Shown piece after piece: positions 1 through 13,600 of a stretch of 64,000 bases of DNA; position 1 is the first letter of the stretch, and every line of letters starts with the position of its first letter. The stretch lies in contig NC_042998.1 in the NCBI RefSeq assembly GCF_006345805.1, forward strand, positions 99,820,001 to 99,884,000, given 5' to 3'. The notes under the pieces are model-generated. The model saw only the letters and a program-made list of their open reading frames with translations, made no database searches and was not told where the DNA came from. A program made the position numbers and the translations under genes. The DNA is from Octopus sinensis. Taxonomy: Eukaryota.

Positions 1-899
1 TATTTAACTTTACACTCCTAGTACATAAATAAAATAAAGTGTTCTGGTTAAACATTACAAAATGTTAGTAGCAAACACAAACTCTCCATTCCTACATTTT
101 TCATATCTTTCTTTTAATGGCTTTTTTTTTTTACTTTCTTCACTTTTTACTTTGTTGTGTTATTATTCAATTTTCATTGGTTCTTTATTTTAATCTAAAT
201 ATCTATAGCTGGTCTGTTTTATTTCAACTATGTTAACGCTTACTTGTTTTTGATCCTATCAAGGTGCCGTGCAGAAGAGGAATATAACCACAGCTAATCT
301 GAAAAGTAAGTTAATTTTTAATACACATTAAACAACATTTCCAACCCAATTTATAATTCCAGTGAGTAAATAAATAAGGCAAGTGAAAGAAATAACGAAG
401 TTCATCAAATATCTCTTCAATCACATTAGCTAATTAAAAACAAAACAAAATTCAGATGAATTTTTTTTGCTAACGGATGTATTCATGTAGTATTTTTTTC
501 CTGCATTAAAACGAAATCTTCGCATGATAAATAAATCTCCCCAGTACATGTGTCTCATTTAAAAAAAGAATTTCAAGTAACTGTTTCTTTTAACTCGCCG
601 ATTGCTTGGCACTTCCTTTTCTTTGTTCCATCCGCTTCCTACACCCATCAGGTTTAGAGTGGGCCTCTGTGTGGTTGTTGAATTTGTTAGAAGTAGCAGT
701 TAACTTTATCTCAGCACATTCCCTACTGTCTTAAAGGACATATTCGATGAGTTTGAGACGCCTTATTTTTTTCCGGGTGGAGAGAGAAAAAAAGCAAGAA
801 AAATGAAGTTTGAATATATTTTTATCACGGGCGTGCTCGATCAGGGGCTGACAGGTTGCTAAGTAACGTACTGTCCAATCCTTAAATTTTGGAACTCCT

Positions 900-1500
900 A
901 GAATCTGGATGTCAGAATCATTAGCATGTTGGACAAAACACTTAACAGCATTTCTTCCGACTCATTACATTTTCAGTTGAAATCCAGAAAAAATAAAGAA
1001 CCAGTCAAGTAATGGAGTTGATGTAATCGACTAACTCCGCCTTCAAGAAAAAAAAAGCAAGAAAAACTGCTAGCCTTGTGCCAAAACTTGAAACGAAGGT
1101 TGTGAGTCGGCAGAATCGTTGGCACGCCGGACAAAATGCTTGGTGGCATTTCGTCTGTTCTGAGTTAAGATTACACTGAGGTCGATGAAATAAGTATAAA
1201 TTGAACACTGAGGTCGATATGATCGACTGATCACCTCTCGCAAAATTTCAGGCATTTGTGCCTATGATAGAAAGGATTATTGTAGTAAAGGCGGTGAGCT
1301 GACAGAATCGTTCAAAATGCTAAGCGGCATTTCTTCCGGTTCTTTACCTTAGCTTAAATCCCACTGAGGTCAACTTTGTCTTTCATCCTTTTAGAGGTCG
1401 ATAAAAGTACCTGTAATGGAGTACATCAAGGTCGATAAAGTCTGTTAACCAACTCACTTACCCCTAAAAAATTGCTGGCTTTGTACTAAACTCTGAAGCA
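900..1500 (+). mobile_element. Three head-to-tail degraded copies of SINE family A
   Basis: Each unit shows GCAGAATCGTT..., GAGGTCGA..., GATnTAATCGAC and CTTGTGCC; units at about 900-1090, 1096-1275 and 1288-1500. Confidence 0.7.
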
Positions 1501-1744
1501 TCTATTATAGTAAAAAATGTAGCCTAGATACAAGGTTACATTTTTTCGCCAGACGTATAATCATTTTAATCAGCCGACAGAACTTGGCTGGTAATTTTGT
1601 TTTTTATCGATTCCGGAAGGCAAAGACATCCTCAGCATCATTAGAATACATAATCTAAAGATGTAACTACATGCAGAAAGGCGTTTTGCCCAACGCTCTT
1701 TAGGTTTTTAACATACCACCTTCCTGCAATTGTTATTAATAATT

Positions 1745-2130
1745 GTTTCTAGCATTGGCAGAAGACCAGGAATTTAGGTGAAGAGGTTAGTCGATTAAAC
1801 TAACCCTGTATTTGACTAGTATAATACTTTAGCCACCTCAGGATAAGGAAATGCAAAGCTGACCTCGGGATTTGAACAGAAACTGTAAAGAGCCGGGAGA
1901 GATAATGCCTGTTGGTATCCAACGCGCTAACGATTTTAACTAATACAATGCCTTAAATTTAGGCTAAAGGCTAGAAATTTTTAGAGAAGAGGTAAGTCGA
2001 GACAATCAACCCAAGTATTTATTTTACCGATCCCTAAAGGATGAAAGACAGTTTATTTCGGCGGGATTTGAACTCTGATCCAGAAGAAATACTGCAATGT
2101 ACTTCTCCCGATTCTACCAATCCATCGTCC
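1745..2130 (-). mobile_element. Two degraded SINE family A copies, opposite orientation
   Basis: Reverse-complement motifs AGTCGA, GGATGAAAG and GGGATTTGAAC at about 1745-1945 and 1955-2130. Confidence 0.65.
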
Positions 2131-3385
2131 TAACATTTCTATTAATAATAATCCACTTATCTGTACAATCTTCTCATGCATAGAAAGAAATATAGTCTGT
2201 TTGTCAGAAAGTTTGAACATAGAGAGAGCTTAATGCATTTTGATCTTCTTAATCGGATCAGTTCAATGTAATGAATTATACATTGATTACAAGAGAAAGT
2301 GGAGTGAAGAATGGTGAATCACCAAATTCTTTCTTGAATTTACTTCAGCCTTATAGAATGATTGTTTTATTCAAACATACTTTAATATTAAAGACCTTAA
2401 AATTCTTGAAAAGGAAGCGTAATTTTACTCCCTTGCTACCTCAATGTAATTATTCGAAATATTTGCATTAACCAAGTAAACTACTTTTTCCAGACAAATA
2501 ATTTTTCAGATTCTTCAAGAAACCTTATGAAATTAATGCCTTTCGTAGGCATAAGGCCAATTTGTGTAAAGTTGGAGGAGTAGTTAACAGCTTCTCTCAG
2601 TATATTACTCGTACATTAAGCCTCATGTGTTCGCCCGACCTGTTAGCTAACAAATCTCCCTCAAATCACACATTATCATCTTAAAGGAAAGACATTTTGG
2701 ATGAAGTAGTTTTAGGTAGACAAGATATAATGGCCAGGGTTGAAACCATTTTGGTTAAAAGTCTGCATTTTCTTTTGATTGAAAAGGGTAACATCAAATG
2801 GTCGACTCCAGCGGAATTTAAACTCAAGCTATAAGGCTAGAGGGATTTTTCAACTAAATGCTATAAAGTATCCATTCCTATGTACTACCAGTTTTACTAA
2901 CTCCAACTAACTATATCAGATATTAAAAAGTGAAGGGGAAAATGCTAAAATGAGAAAATGAAAAAAATACAATTAACTGGACCGAATTATTGTAATGATT
3001 TTATCAGATAAAATATCTTTGCATTAATTATCTTCTCAAAAGTTTCTCCGCTGTGTTTTGTGTTTCATTCTATATGCATTCCATTATCATAAACAAGATA
3101 AAAGTTTAGGTATTGTTAGAATTTTAACACACACACATAGCGCGATACTCCATAAAATACCACCGGATGTACATAATATACATACCAGATTAATAATAGT
3201 GTTTTGGATATTAACGGCGTTTGTTATTTATAGGGGGTAATAAATGAGGTTGTGTGAAATTCGTACCATTTTTTTTAACAAGGGCGAATAGACATGATTT
3301 TTAATCGTAAGCTGAAACGAAATCCCAGTCTCAGCCTGTCAGAATCATACATTATAATTTTCAGTATTTAACATAATTCTATGTA

Positions 3386-3583
3386 ATAATGATTCCAAAT
3401 TTTGGCACAAGGCTAGTAAGTTCGTGGGAGGGGATAAGTTGATTATATCGACCCCATAACTCAACTGAAATTATGAAAGTGAAAGTCAACCTCGGCGGAA
3501 TTTGGACGTAGGATGTAAAGACGGACGAAAGGTCGCTAAGCATTTTGTCCGGCTTGCTAAGTATTCTACCAACTCGTCGCCTT
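3386..3583 (-). mobile_element. SINE family A
   Basis: GGCACAAGGC...ATCGACCCC...GTCAACCTCGGCGGAATTTG...CTCGTCGCC. Confidence 0.8.
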
Positions 3584-4502
3584 CATAATTCGATGTAATA
3601 TTGGTTTCATTTTTTTCTTTTTTTACAAGGCTTTAATTTTGGTGAGATTGCTGTTTAACTTTCATACTTGTCATAATTGACCAGTGACATAGAAGCTGTG
3701 ACCATACTATTTTCTCCCGATAGTGTATCTTGGGCTGCGATATCCAATATGTCGTTTCTGTGTTTTTTAGTGTAATCTGTTTCTTGAGAATCGAGCAAAC
3801 ATATAGAGTCTCCCTCGCTAGCTCTATTCCAGACTTGCAAAATTGTGTGTGCATATGTGTGCATGGAAAAAGCTATTTTGCGATGCCTTTCTCAAACGCC
3901 TTGGCGATGTAGGATTCAGTTCACGAAGAAATTGTTTTCGCTGTTGTACTCGCCTCAGTGCAAATGATATATAGAACAAAAGATATATAATTGACACTAT
4001 GTGGTATTCTTGTTTATTTGAGAGAAAATTATTGTTTTTTATCACAAGAATTGAATGGATGGCAATTTTTCTAATGAGTAATTCAAAGGCGCCATACTTG
4101 GCAATAGTTTCATCTTGCTTACTTCTGATTTCAATTTATTTCAATTTATTTCAATTTTTACTTTTATTTTGGGATCGATAAAATATATATCAGAAATATG
4201 TTGAGTGGGTGAAGTCGTTTAAGCAATTATATCCATTCCCTTATAAAAACATGAGTTGTGACGCGTCAAAAGAAATCGACGTCTGGTATCGAGGAAAAAA
4301 ACTTTACAAAATGAATATTAAGAAATTATTGATCTTACATCTGTAAAAGGTCACACACGCACACACACACACACAAAAGAGAGGATGAGGTAAAATCTGA
4401 AATGCAAAGAAACATGATGACAACAATTAATCAATAAGGAAAATCGATAAGTTCATTTTGCTATTAAGAGTGTAGAGTTTAAAATTCCGAGCCTTGCTCT
4501 TC

Positions 4503-4586
<84 letters not shown>
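4503..4586. repeat. (GT)n(GA)n microsatellite
   Basis: Read directly. Confidence 0.95.
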
Positions 4587-4589
<3 letters not shown>

Positions 4590-5834
4590 CAAGATGGTGC
4601 TATCATTATTACTAAAGGCAATTTATTTGCCTGGAGCTCAGGCAACAACGTTATTTGCTGTGTGGCAAAAACTGAATGTCAAACCCTCATACAGGGTGCA
4701 GTTGATTAAAATGCTTAATTTAATTGTTTTTGTTTTATATTTTTCATCATAATGATCTATACAGCCTGGTTTATATTTCATGTTTTCATGGCGTTCAGTA
4801 GATGAGATTCACACTATGAGTAGAAAATCGGTCTGTCGTAGGTAAATTTTCTCCAAGATTTTAACTCGATGCTGCAAGCTAATTAAACACTTTTCAGAAC
4901 AATACTTCTGCAACTGCTTGGCCAGTTGCTTGTTCTACCCTGTGATACCTATATACGGCTTGGTGTACTGAACATTTGGGGACAAAGTGCTCTGGTAACG
5001 GATACAATAAAGTACCGAGGACAAGATACGAATCGCTGATCTCTTGAATGTTGTCCGTGATCCTATTGAGTTGAACCTAGTACAAAAAATCAGTTTAACT
5101 ATAACGTATATCACTACATCTAAACCAAGTTGTTTCATCTCTTCTGCTCTACCCATCACTCTACAACTCCACTCTAGACCCTTATACATTCCTCATATGT
5201 TTTCTTTAGACCATTAACTTCAGAAGTTCGAAATGTGTGTTAACTTTAACTTATTGTAAATGTTCATATCCCTCAGTCAGTTTAGAAAGGTTTGAAAATT
5301 CTACGTCTACAATACCTCACCCGCACACTCAATTGTTAAATATTGAGTACCACAGACTTCTTACACGTTTAGTGCATAGTGAAATAGCACATATTCTATA
5401 TCAACGTATGTTGCGCGTTTTTAAAAAATATATTTTGGAGCGCGTAATACAAATTATTAATAAGGATTTATCACTTTAGTCGGTACAAAACTAGAATTTC
5501 AAGAAGCAAGTACTTAAACTCTGAGAAGTATCTACACTGGCGCTCTATCGTTTCTGCAGCATGCGGCATTTTTTTTTTTTTTTTTTGCCTAAAAAACAAT
5601 TATTCTCTGCTGAAGGAGCGTATGCGATAGAGCAACAGCTAGTTTCTACCCTACTCAGCTTATACGATCAGTTATCACCGGGCATGTTTGAAATCACCTA
5701 TGTTTTTCTTACGCTACGCATTTGATCTTGGTTTATCATTTTAATATTCCATTCATAAACTATGTTACAAATTATTTAGTACGCAGAACTAATCTCAGAA
5801 TTATTAAATTTCAAAACAATTCCTGTATAGTCTC

Positions 5835-6186
5835 AGGCGTGGTTGTGTGGTAAGAGGTTTGCTTTCTAACCACTTGATCCCGGGCACTTTGGACAAGTGT
5901 TTTCTACTATAGCCTCGAGCCAACCAAAACCTTGTCAGTGGATTTCCTAGAAAATAAAAGAAGCCTATCGTATATATTTATATGTATATATGTGTCTTTG
6001 TGTTTGTCCCCCACCACTGCTTGACGACCGATGTTTGTTTATTTACGTTCGACAAAGAAACCAATAGAATAATTACCAGGTTTTAAAGAAAATAAATACG
6101 GAGATTAATTTGTTCGACTAAACGCTTCAAAGCTGTGCTCCAGTATGACTGCAGTCCAATGACTGAAACAAGTAAAATATACAAGA
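5835..6186 (+). mobile_element. SINE family B (tRNA head, CORE-like block, internal microsatellite)
   Basis: GGCGTGGTTGTGTGGTAAG...TTGGACAAGTGTTTTCTACTATAGCCTCG...GTGCTCCAGTATGACTGCAGTC.AATGACTGAAACAAGTAAAA. Confidence 0.8.
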
Positions 6187-6827
6187 TATAGTAATTACTA
6201 CACTTCTGTTGATGAGGTTCAAGCAAATAAAATCATGTTCAGACTTGTCTCCCGTACTTATTGAATGAAAATTTAAAAAGAAACCTTTTGCCGCATACCA
6301 CTTCAGTTGTTTTTTTAATGTCTTATGCACTAAATATTTCTCACCCGTTGCTTTTCGTAACAGACATGTATTTCGCCTCACTCAACTGACTATCCCAGCA
6401 CTACCAACTTTTAGTCTCATGCCGATGATATCACTTTAAACTGCAGACAATGATTCGGCAAGTCAGTGGTATTCAGTAAACAATTAAGCATTGCTTGAAT
6501 ATATTAACATTACTTGTAATATATTATTTTCGTGAATCCCTCTGAATGTATATATTTTTAACATTTTATTTTCTTTTGTACTCAAGAAGCACCTACGAAT
6601 CTGGGACCTTTAAACAAATATTATCCAATCCTACATATGTTTCCACTTGTTTGGTATGTTGATGATACTTGCCTGCCGTTTATTTTTTATAAACACACAG
6701 ATGATTGTTGTTTGGAATATGTTTTATATTATAGGAGTCTACTGATAACTATTATTTATATATATATGAGTGTGTGTGTGTGAGAGAGAGAGAGAATGTG
6801 AAAGAGATTTTCTTTATATGTCTTTTA

Positions 6828-7032
6828 TCTTTTACTTGTTTCAGTCATTAGGCTGCGGCCATGTTGGAGCACCGCCTTGAAAGATCTTTTAGTCGAATGA
6901 ATCGACTCCAGTACTTAATTGTTTAAACTTGTTACTTATTCTATACGCTAAGTTGCTGGGATGTTAATACACCAACACTGGTTGTCAAGCAGTGGTGGGG
7001 GACAAAACAGACAAAGACACACACACACACAT

Positions 7033-7081
<49 letters not shown>

Positions 7082-7778
7082 CACGTAAGACTATTATCCA
7101 AAACCTTCCAACAATATATAAGTACTCTAAGCTGAATAAAATTATTAAAAGCAGCAAACAGCCAAAACCACTAAAGCCGATACTCACAAATGTAAAGCTA
7201 TACTAAAAGAATAATGAAAGCAAGAGTTAAAAAATTTGGACGACCGAACTGTGGAACATGTGCCAACATAATGAAAGGTGCAGAATTCCATTTTAAACAA
7301 GGACAAAAATTTAAGATTAAAATCGACTTCACATACGCCTCTGAAAATCTCATTTACGTCATAACGTTTCAGCTGCGGTAGTGACGTCGATCTACACTGC
7401 ACAGACAACGTATCTACTACCCCCAATACCGTCAAATACAACTCAGTGGTCACATAGACAGATGTGCTAAGGAACGCCAACCAAAAGTTACAATATTTCC
7501 AGTGTACCAACGTACAGAAAGGATCTCAATTCAACAACGACTAAATAAAGAGGCTACATTATTGAAAAATACAAACCAGAACTTAACATGAATATATAAT
7601 GGAATTCACAAATATAAAAAAAAAAACAGAAAAAAGATAAACCTCCCTTCAGCTAAGAAATATTATATCGAAGCTATAGTAGAAGACACTTGCCCAAGGT
7701 GCCACTCAGTGGGACTGAACCCGTAACCATGTAGTTGGGAAGCAAGCTTCTTTCCACACAACCATGCCTGCGCCTATA
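6828..7778 (-). mobile_element. SINE family B split by the Penelope-like remnant
   Basis: Head at about 7668-7778 (AGAAGACACTTGCCCAAGGTGCCAC on +) and tail at about 6828-7040 (TTTCAGTCATT...GGCCATGTTGGAGCACCGCC on +), in the same orientation. Confidence 0.7.
7081..7590 (+). mobile_element. Penelope-like element remnant, C-terminal GIY-YIG endonuclease region
   Basis: Across frameshifts and stops: IIQNLP...IIKSSKQPKPLKPILT...KFGRPNCGTCANI...FKIKIDFTYASENLIYVIT...TLHRQRI..PQYRQIQLSGHIDRC...TIFPVY...KE.YIIEKYKPELN. The segment expected to hold the YIG half-motif is missing. Confidence 0.8.
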
Positions 7779-8168
7779 GTCATGTTGGCACCTATAGCCA
7801 CACCCACCTTTTTCTGAATTTTTTTTTCTCACAATCTGAATTCTCTTTTCGCTGCAGAAAAGAAATTATTTTTAGATATTAGAGATGTTACATAAAATAT
7901 TTTAAAAAATATCTTTGAAAGATTTATTTCCCCATGAGATTTTTACTATGTCCACTTCTGCTTGTACAGAAAGTTTCCTCACAAACAACTAAACATCGTA
8001 TGAACACATTATTGTAATTTAGATTGCAAGACAGTAGAGAACACTTTAGACACTTCGACGAAATGCTTTGCAATCCTTAGTTACATCCCCTATGTTTTGA
8101 GTTCAAATCCCACTGTTACAGAATTAATAGAACACGCATCAGTTTACTTGTCACTGTACTTTGTGTTG

Positions 8169-8430
8169 AGGCAGTGGACCGGCAGAATCGTTGGCGTGCC
8201 GGAGTAAATGCTCTACAGTATTTCCTCAAAATTGCTGGCCTTGTGCCTAAATCAAATCATTAAGGGTGACGAGTTAAAAGAATTGCTAGTGACGGCCAAA
8301 ATGCCTTAAGTTATTTCTTCCGATTCATTGTGTTAACTTTATGGTAACTTTTCCGCCGAGGTTAACTTTGCCTTTTATCCTTTCGGAATCGGTAAAGCCA
8401 TGTACTCTGGTTGATATGATCGACTAGTTT
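8169..8430 (+). mobile_element. SINE family A, deleted copy followed by a second copy
   Basis: GGCAGAATCGTTGGCG...GCTGGCCTTGTGCC, then CCGCCGAGGTTAACTTTGCCTTTTATCCTTTCGG. Confidence 0.65.
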
Positions 8431-8787
8431 AGTTATCTATTTACAGTTAAATGGATTGGCCCAGTTCTGTGTTCCTCCTGAGAACCGCTGATCTCTCGGC
8501 TGGATGTCCGCTACCCTATATATTAGGTCATAGCAGTGTGCTCTTCGTCCTTACGACGGCTTCTACATTATTTTCATTCACCTAATTTCAAACATGAAGC
8601 TTTAGCCGACCACTTGATTATATATACATTTTCCAGAAAGTAGAATAATCTTAATTCTGATGGAATTTTCGGTTTCTTGAGAAATTATTATTCTAATGAG
8701 ATTTTAAGTACCACTGTTTACATCTGGTTTTTAGATATCGCAGATAACATTCATAGATAAACCGATATATAAAGTGTGGGTGTGTGG

Positions 8788-8835
<48 letters not shown>

Positions 8836-8903
8836 ATATGTATGTATATATATATGTGTGTGTGTGTATATGTATGTATATATGTATGTATGTATGTATA
8901 TGT

Positions 8904-9128
8904 ACTATTTTGGCACAAGACCAGCTATTTTTAGGGGTGTGGAAGTCGATTACATCAACCCCAATACTTGACTGGTACTTGCTTCATCGACTCCGAAAAA
9001 TTAAAGGCAAAGCCGACTTCATTGGAATTTGAACTCAAAGCGTAAAGACGGACGACATATTGCAAAGCATTCTGTCCGGGAAAGGCCGCTAAGCATTTTG
9101 CCCAGTGTGCTAACGATTCTGTTGGCTC
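8904..9128 (-). mobile_element. SINE family A
   Basis: GGCACAAGACC...AAGTCGATTACATC...GGAATTTGAACTC...GCTAACGATTCTG. Confidence 0.8.
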
Positions 9129-9746
9129 GTTTATATATAGAATTTGAACTTTAAAACGTCACCCCAAAACTAGGCGCCGTCTTATATACTTCGTATAAAA
9201 GCTGAACCTTAACTTCCTGTAGTTTAGAGTATCACCAATGTCAATGGAGAACAGTGTAAAGCACTCGCATAGATCCTATGGTTCTACAGCGCAGTATTTT
9301 CTACAGATACTTACACGTATGTTTGGGAAGCTGGATTAAAATTATATTAAAATAACAGCACAGCAAACTTAGTCATTTGCAACAACTGACGAACATAAAA
9401 TGTAAACAATCAGCCCGTTCAGCTGGATCCCAGGGTCCTCTCTGTTTACACTGCCTCGTTAGAACGCTCTCTCATACAGCGCTCCGCCAGCCGAGGACTT
9501 TCAGGACAAGCGTAGTTTACAGTAACTAACCTACCTGTTACTGCAGATTTGCAGCATGTACTGGTACCTTTTGTGACTGGTCAGTTCGTGTTAGTCAAGC
9601 CAATCACAATAAGCCTTACAGTTACCAGTTGCTTTTAAACATTTACAGACAGGTTTTCTTGAAGAGGCTCAAGTTGTCACTCTTTCGTAAGCAGCAGCAA
9701 TCTCACTGGGAAAACATTAATTTCCAGTAATTGTAAAACTCACCGC

Positions 9747-10023
9747 ATGGCTCCAACTGATAAACGAAGGAAACATGAAGTTGGTTTTGAGCTGAAAGTG
9801 GTGGCATATGCCAAATCCCTCAACAACTGTGCTGCTGCAAGAGAATATGGTGTAACCGAGAAGATGGCAAGAGTTTAGAGATTAAAAGAAGACTTGTTAA
9901 GGAGTATGTATACCCAGGACAAAATGTGCAATGAGAGAAGGCAATGCACACTGGTCGATTCTAGAGAAGCATGTAGCAGATGTGGTCCGTGAGCAGCGTC
10001 AAAAGGGATACGTTGTTTCAAGA
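9747..10023 (+). pseudogene. pogo-superfamily transposase N-terminus (Brinker-type DBD plus CENP-B HTH, POGK/Passer-like), decayed
   Basis: MAPTDKRRKHEVGFELKVVAYAKSLNNCAAAREYGVTEKMARV*RLKEDLLRSM, then after a 4-nt insertion PRTKCAMREGNAHWSILEKHVADVVREQRQKGYVVSR. No DDE domain follows. Confidence 0.8.
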
Positions 10024-10582
10024 CCAACACTAGCAGTGTACTTTATAACAACATTACTAATATATTACAATATAATATTATACATACCCTGAGTAAATCT
10101 ATAAATCCATTTCAAGTAAATGGTATTATTATGGTATACTTGACACTATGTTAGTTTCTGTAAAATAAGCGACGCCTAAGTGACGTCACTACAGTAGTGT
10201 TTACACCAGCCAGGTACGTTCGATGCGTATCATAGTATGTAATTTACAATATTTGGCCACATTTTGGAAAAGAATTGGATAAATTTTAAACAACGAAGAT
10301 TGCAGAATTCTTGTACTCAAAGTTTACTGATTGAAATAAAGTTAAAATGCTATTGAAACACAAGGAAATTAGAGGTTTTAGGGGCCAATGGGGATGCTAC
10401 AGCTCACCCGACCCCTTTAGCTATGGACCTCGCGCCTTCGGTGTTCGAACTATTTTACACAAAAACTTGGAGGTGGTCTTATACAGCAAGTATAACTCAA
10501 AACCCAATTTTAAATGGAGATCCTGGCGATCATCCTGTACACCCAGTCATTTTATACGCCTGCATATACTGTATATATATCA

Positions 10583-10613
<31 letters not shown>

Positions 10614-13600
10614 AATTATATATGAATGTGTCTGTGTATGAGAGAGAGACGGACAGACAGATAGACAGAGAGATCTGAATGAATGCTATTGAATAGTCTC
10701 ACCCTCTGTATTTGAGTTAGAGCCAAATATCACAATAGTAGAATTTCATACACATTGAATTAGCATGTAAGTGATCGAGTATGTCTATTCTAAACGTAAT
10801 TTTCAAGGAAGAATCTCCTTGACACAGAATGACAGCGCTGCACCCTTGAATTACATGTACCATCAATTGCACGGGCTTCTATATAGTTTCCGTCAATCTT
10901 CTTTCACTCACTAGGCCTGGGTCCACCCGAGGTGGTGTAAATGCCAATTGACTGAGATAGCATGGTATGGGATCGAATCCGTATGCTCTTGATTACGAAA
11001 TGAGCGTCTTAAACATTCAGCCATACTGCTGTATATTGTGTCTCTTTTTCTCTCTACTTCTATCCCTACACCCATATCTGTTTATCTAAATATATATAAT
11101 ATAATATTTCTCGATATTATTGTTCTATAGGAAAAAAATCTAACATGGCAAATAACATAAGTTTTGTATCTGCTGAAATCCATGTTCCGTAACTCGATAA
11201 TGAATTTCTCTTATGAGTAATACCTTTTTATTTTTTTGTATTGGTAACATTATCTCTGAGTAAAAATGAAAATATTCGTGTAAATGGCGCCCGATGGAAT
11301 TATTTGTGGATTCCGATCATAAAATTTGGTTAGTGAAAAAAAAAAAATTTATTCCGCACCATTCTGATCTGTTCTATTCAGTCCATTATAACATCTACTC
11401 ATGGCGCTCCATTTTAAAAATGAATAATTTATAGAAAATTTTCAGTTGCAATAAGATTTTTTTTTCTCAGTAATAATAATACTAATAATGATAACAACAA
11501 TGATAATGCTTTTATATAACTGAGTGGCTGAGAGAAATAAACAATATAATAAACGATTACTAAAAACGAACATAATGTATATTCGGGCGAATAAATGCGC
11601 GTGGTAACATTTCATGAATGTAAACAGTAATGCTTCCTCATCATTCAGTGAAAGCAAGTTGTGTCAAAAACACAAACCCGTTAATATCGCTTTTGATACC
11701 GTCAATGACATATTACAGGCAGATCAGTGAAAAGTTGCGGTGGATCGATAGATGATTGAATGGATATTGAAAGGGAATAGAATTTATATAGTTTCATCCA
11801 GTTCGATATATGAACTCCCCGTTAGTTGTATTGGTATACAGTTTGGCAAGTTTTGGAGATCGTGCACTGTTGTCCTTGAGATAGAAGAGGTAGTTGGAAT
11901 ACTGGACGTCTGTTGGTTAGTGGTTGTAACATGTTTATAAAGTCTTACCTGTCAAAATGGTCCAATTATTTTGTATGTGCCCCAGAACGCATACGTGAGT
12001 GTATAGCGGTTTGAGATGTGCGACACTACTTCAATGTGAGATGTACATAGAAATGACTTGGATAACATTTCAGTCTTGAAAAACTGTTAATGGTAAAAAA
12101 GAATTTCAACTTTATTCAAGACAAATACATTTATGAACCAACGAAAAGATTTCACTCAGCTGATCACCTTAAAGGTGAACACCTTAAATAGTTGATCATC
12201 TAGAAATAGCAGTTGAATCTTTCTCAAATTACAGTCTACTTTCTTAAGAAAGGAAGGACGAACTTGGATAATGTATTCTCATTAGAAATTTATTCTCATT
12301 AGAATAAATTTGTTTGGCCTCAGTTAAACGCTTAATCTAAATGGTTTCATGCATGTTCATCACTGTCAAGAGAAGGTTTCTTTCGCTTGCATTGAATATT
12401 TAGAATGATTTTGGTTCTATATTCAAAAGGCGTGTGCTGATAACATCCCACTTTGAACTGTAACAATATCTTGAAATGCTCTTTCACTTCCATGCAAAAG
12501 TTTTTCCAGATAAATGTCCACCGTTTTATTCAGAATATCTTTCACAAATATCTCTGCTTGGAAGGATTTAAACTCCAGTTCTGTGGTCCATGTCGTTGCT
12601 GTCATTTCCGTAACTCGATATATCAAAGTCAGCTCTGATTCAGCAGATCTAAATCAAAGGGGTTCCAGCCATGACCAACCTATATGTTTTGTATATCAGA
12701 GATTACATGATCCAGTGTGTCATTTTTATAGGAAGTTGAAAGGGTATGATTTAAGGGAAATATTTCTTACCACCAGCATTGCCCAAGCGACCTTAACATC
12801 AAATTCAGAATTCATTCAAGGTCTGGGGCTACGTGCCAATTCAGGATGACAACTGGCCCTACTCTTTTTAACATAATCCTAAAGCAAATCAGAGAAGAAA
12901 AAAATCCCATCACATTCAAACGAAACCAGGACAAATTTCTTCAAGGTGTACCAGATAAGCCACTTACATCTGATATATCTCAGTAAACAACCTCTCTACG
13001 TGAATGGGCCAAGATACCACTAAACCTGTCTTTAAAATAACTTAACAGATACTATGAGGTAGTGCTATTAAGTTAAATATGACCTGGGTCAATCATTGGT
13101 CGAAACATATCTAAGTTATAGCACTAACAAACAGCTCGAGCGACTCTCTACAGACCTTCTTGTTATTGATATCAAATGTCATTGGTTAAACGATAGTTTT
13201 GATGAAGAAGTGAATCCCTGTTATAGTTTATCATTTGACATGTACAATGCATACAATATGTAAAAGGATATTTTTGGTTGCAGAAGACTAGTGGGAGTTT
13301 ACATAAAACACTTATCCTAGATGCTAGTCCGTGAAATCGAACCGAAAACAAACTGGTTGCAAAGCCAACTCTTAACCACACAGCTATGCCTGCACTATTT
13401 GGACGGGTGTTAAACAAACAAAAAGGGATAAATGCCAAATAGAGAACATAACTAGTAGCTATCATACCAAAGTTGTGTGTGTGTGTATTTATCTTTTAAA
13501 TCTGTTTATGTGAAACTTTTTGAATGCGCTCATAATAAGCTCTAATGCTATTTATTCCAGCTACCGCTTATTGTTCCCATCTTCCAGAGTAATTTTATGA

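Noticed and set aside
264-305. Possible 42-nt phase-1 exon (AVQKRNITTANLK) with AG and GTAAGT boundaries
   Set aside because: Too short to identify, with no partner exon or recognisable homology in the window.
3633-3864. Overlapping minus-strand ORFs with faint mariner-like words (GDS..., PKIH)
   Set aside because: No convincing catalytic motif or TIR could be read.
12423-12626. Minus-strand ORF with vague resemblance to a Tctex-1 dynein light chain helix
   Set aside because: The similarity is limited to a short amphipathic pattern, needs a frameshift to continue and has no good splice sites.
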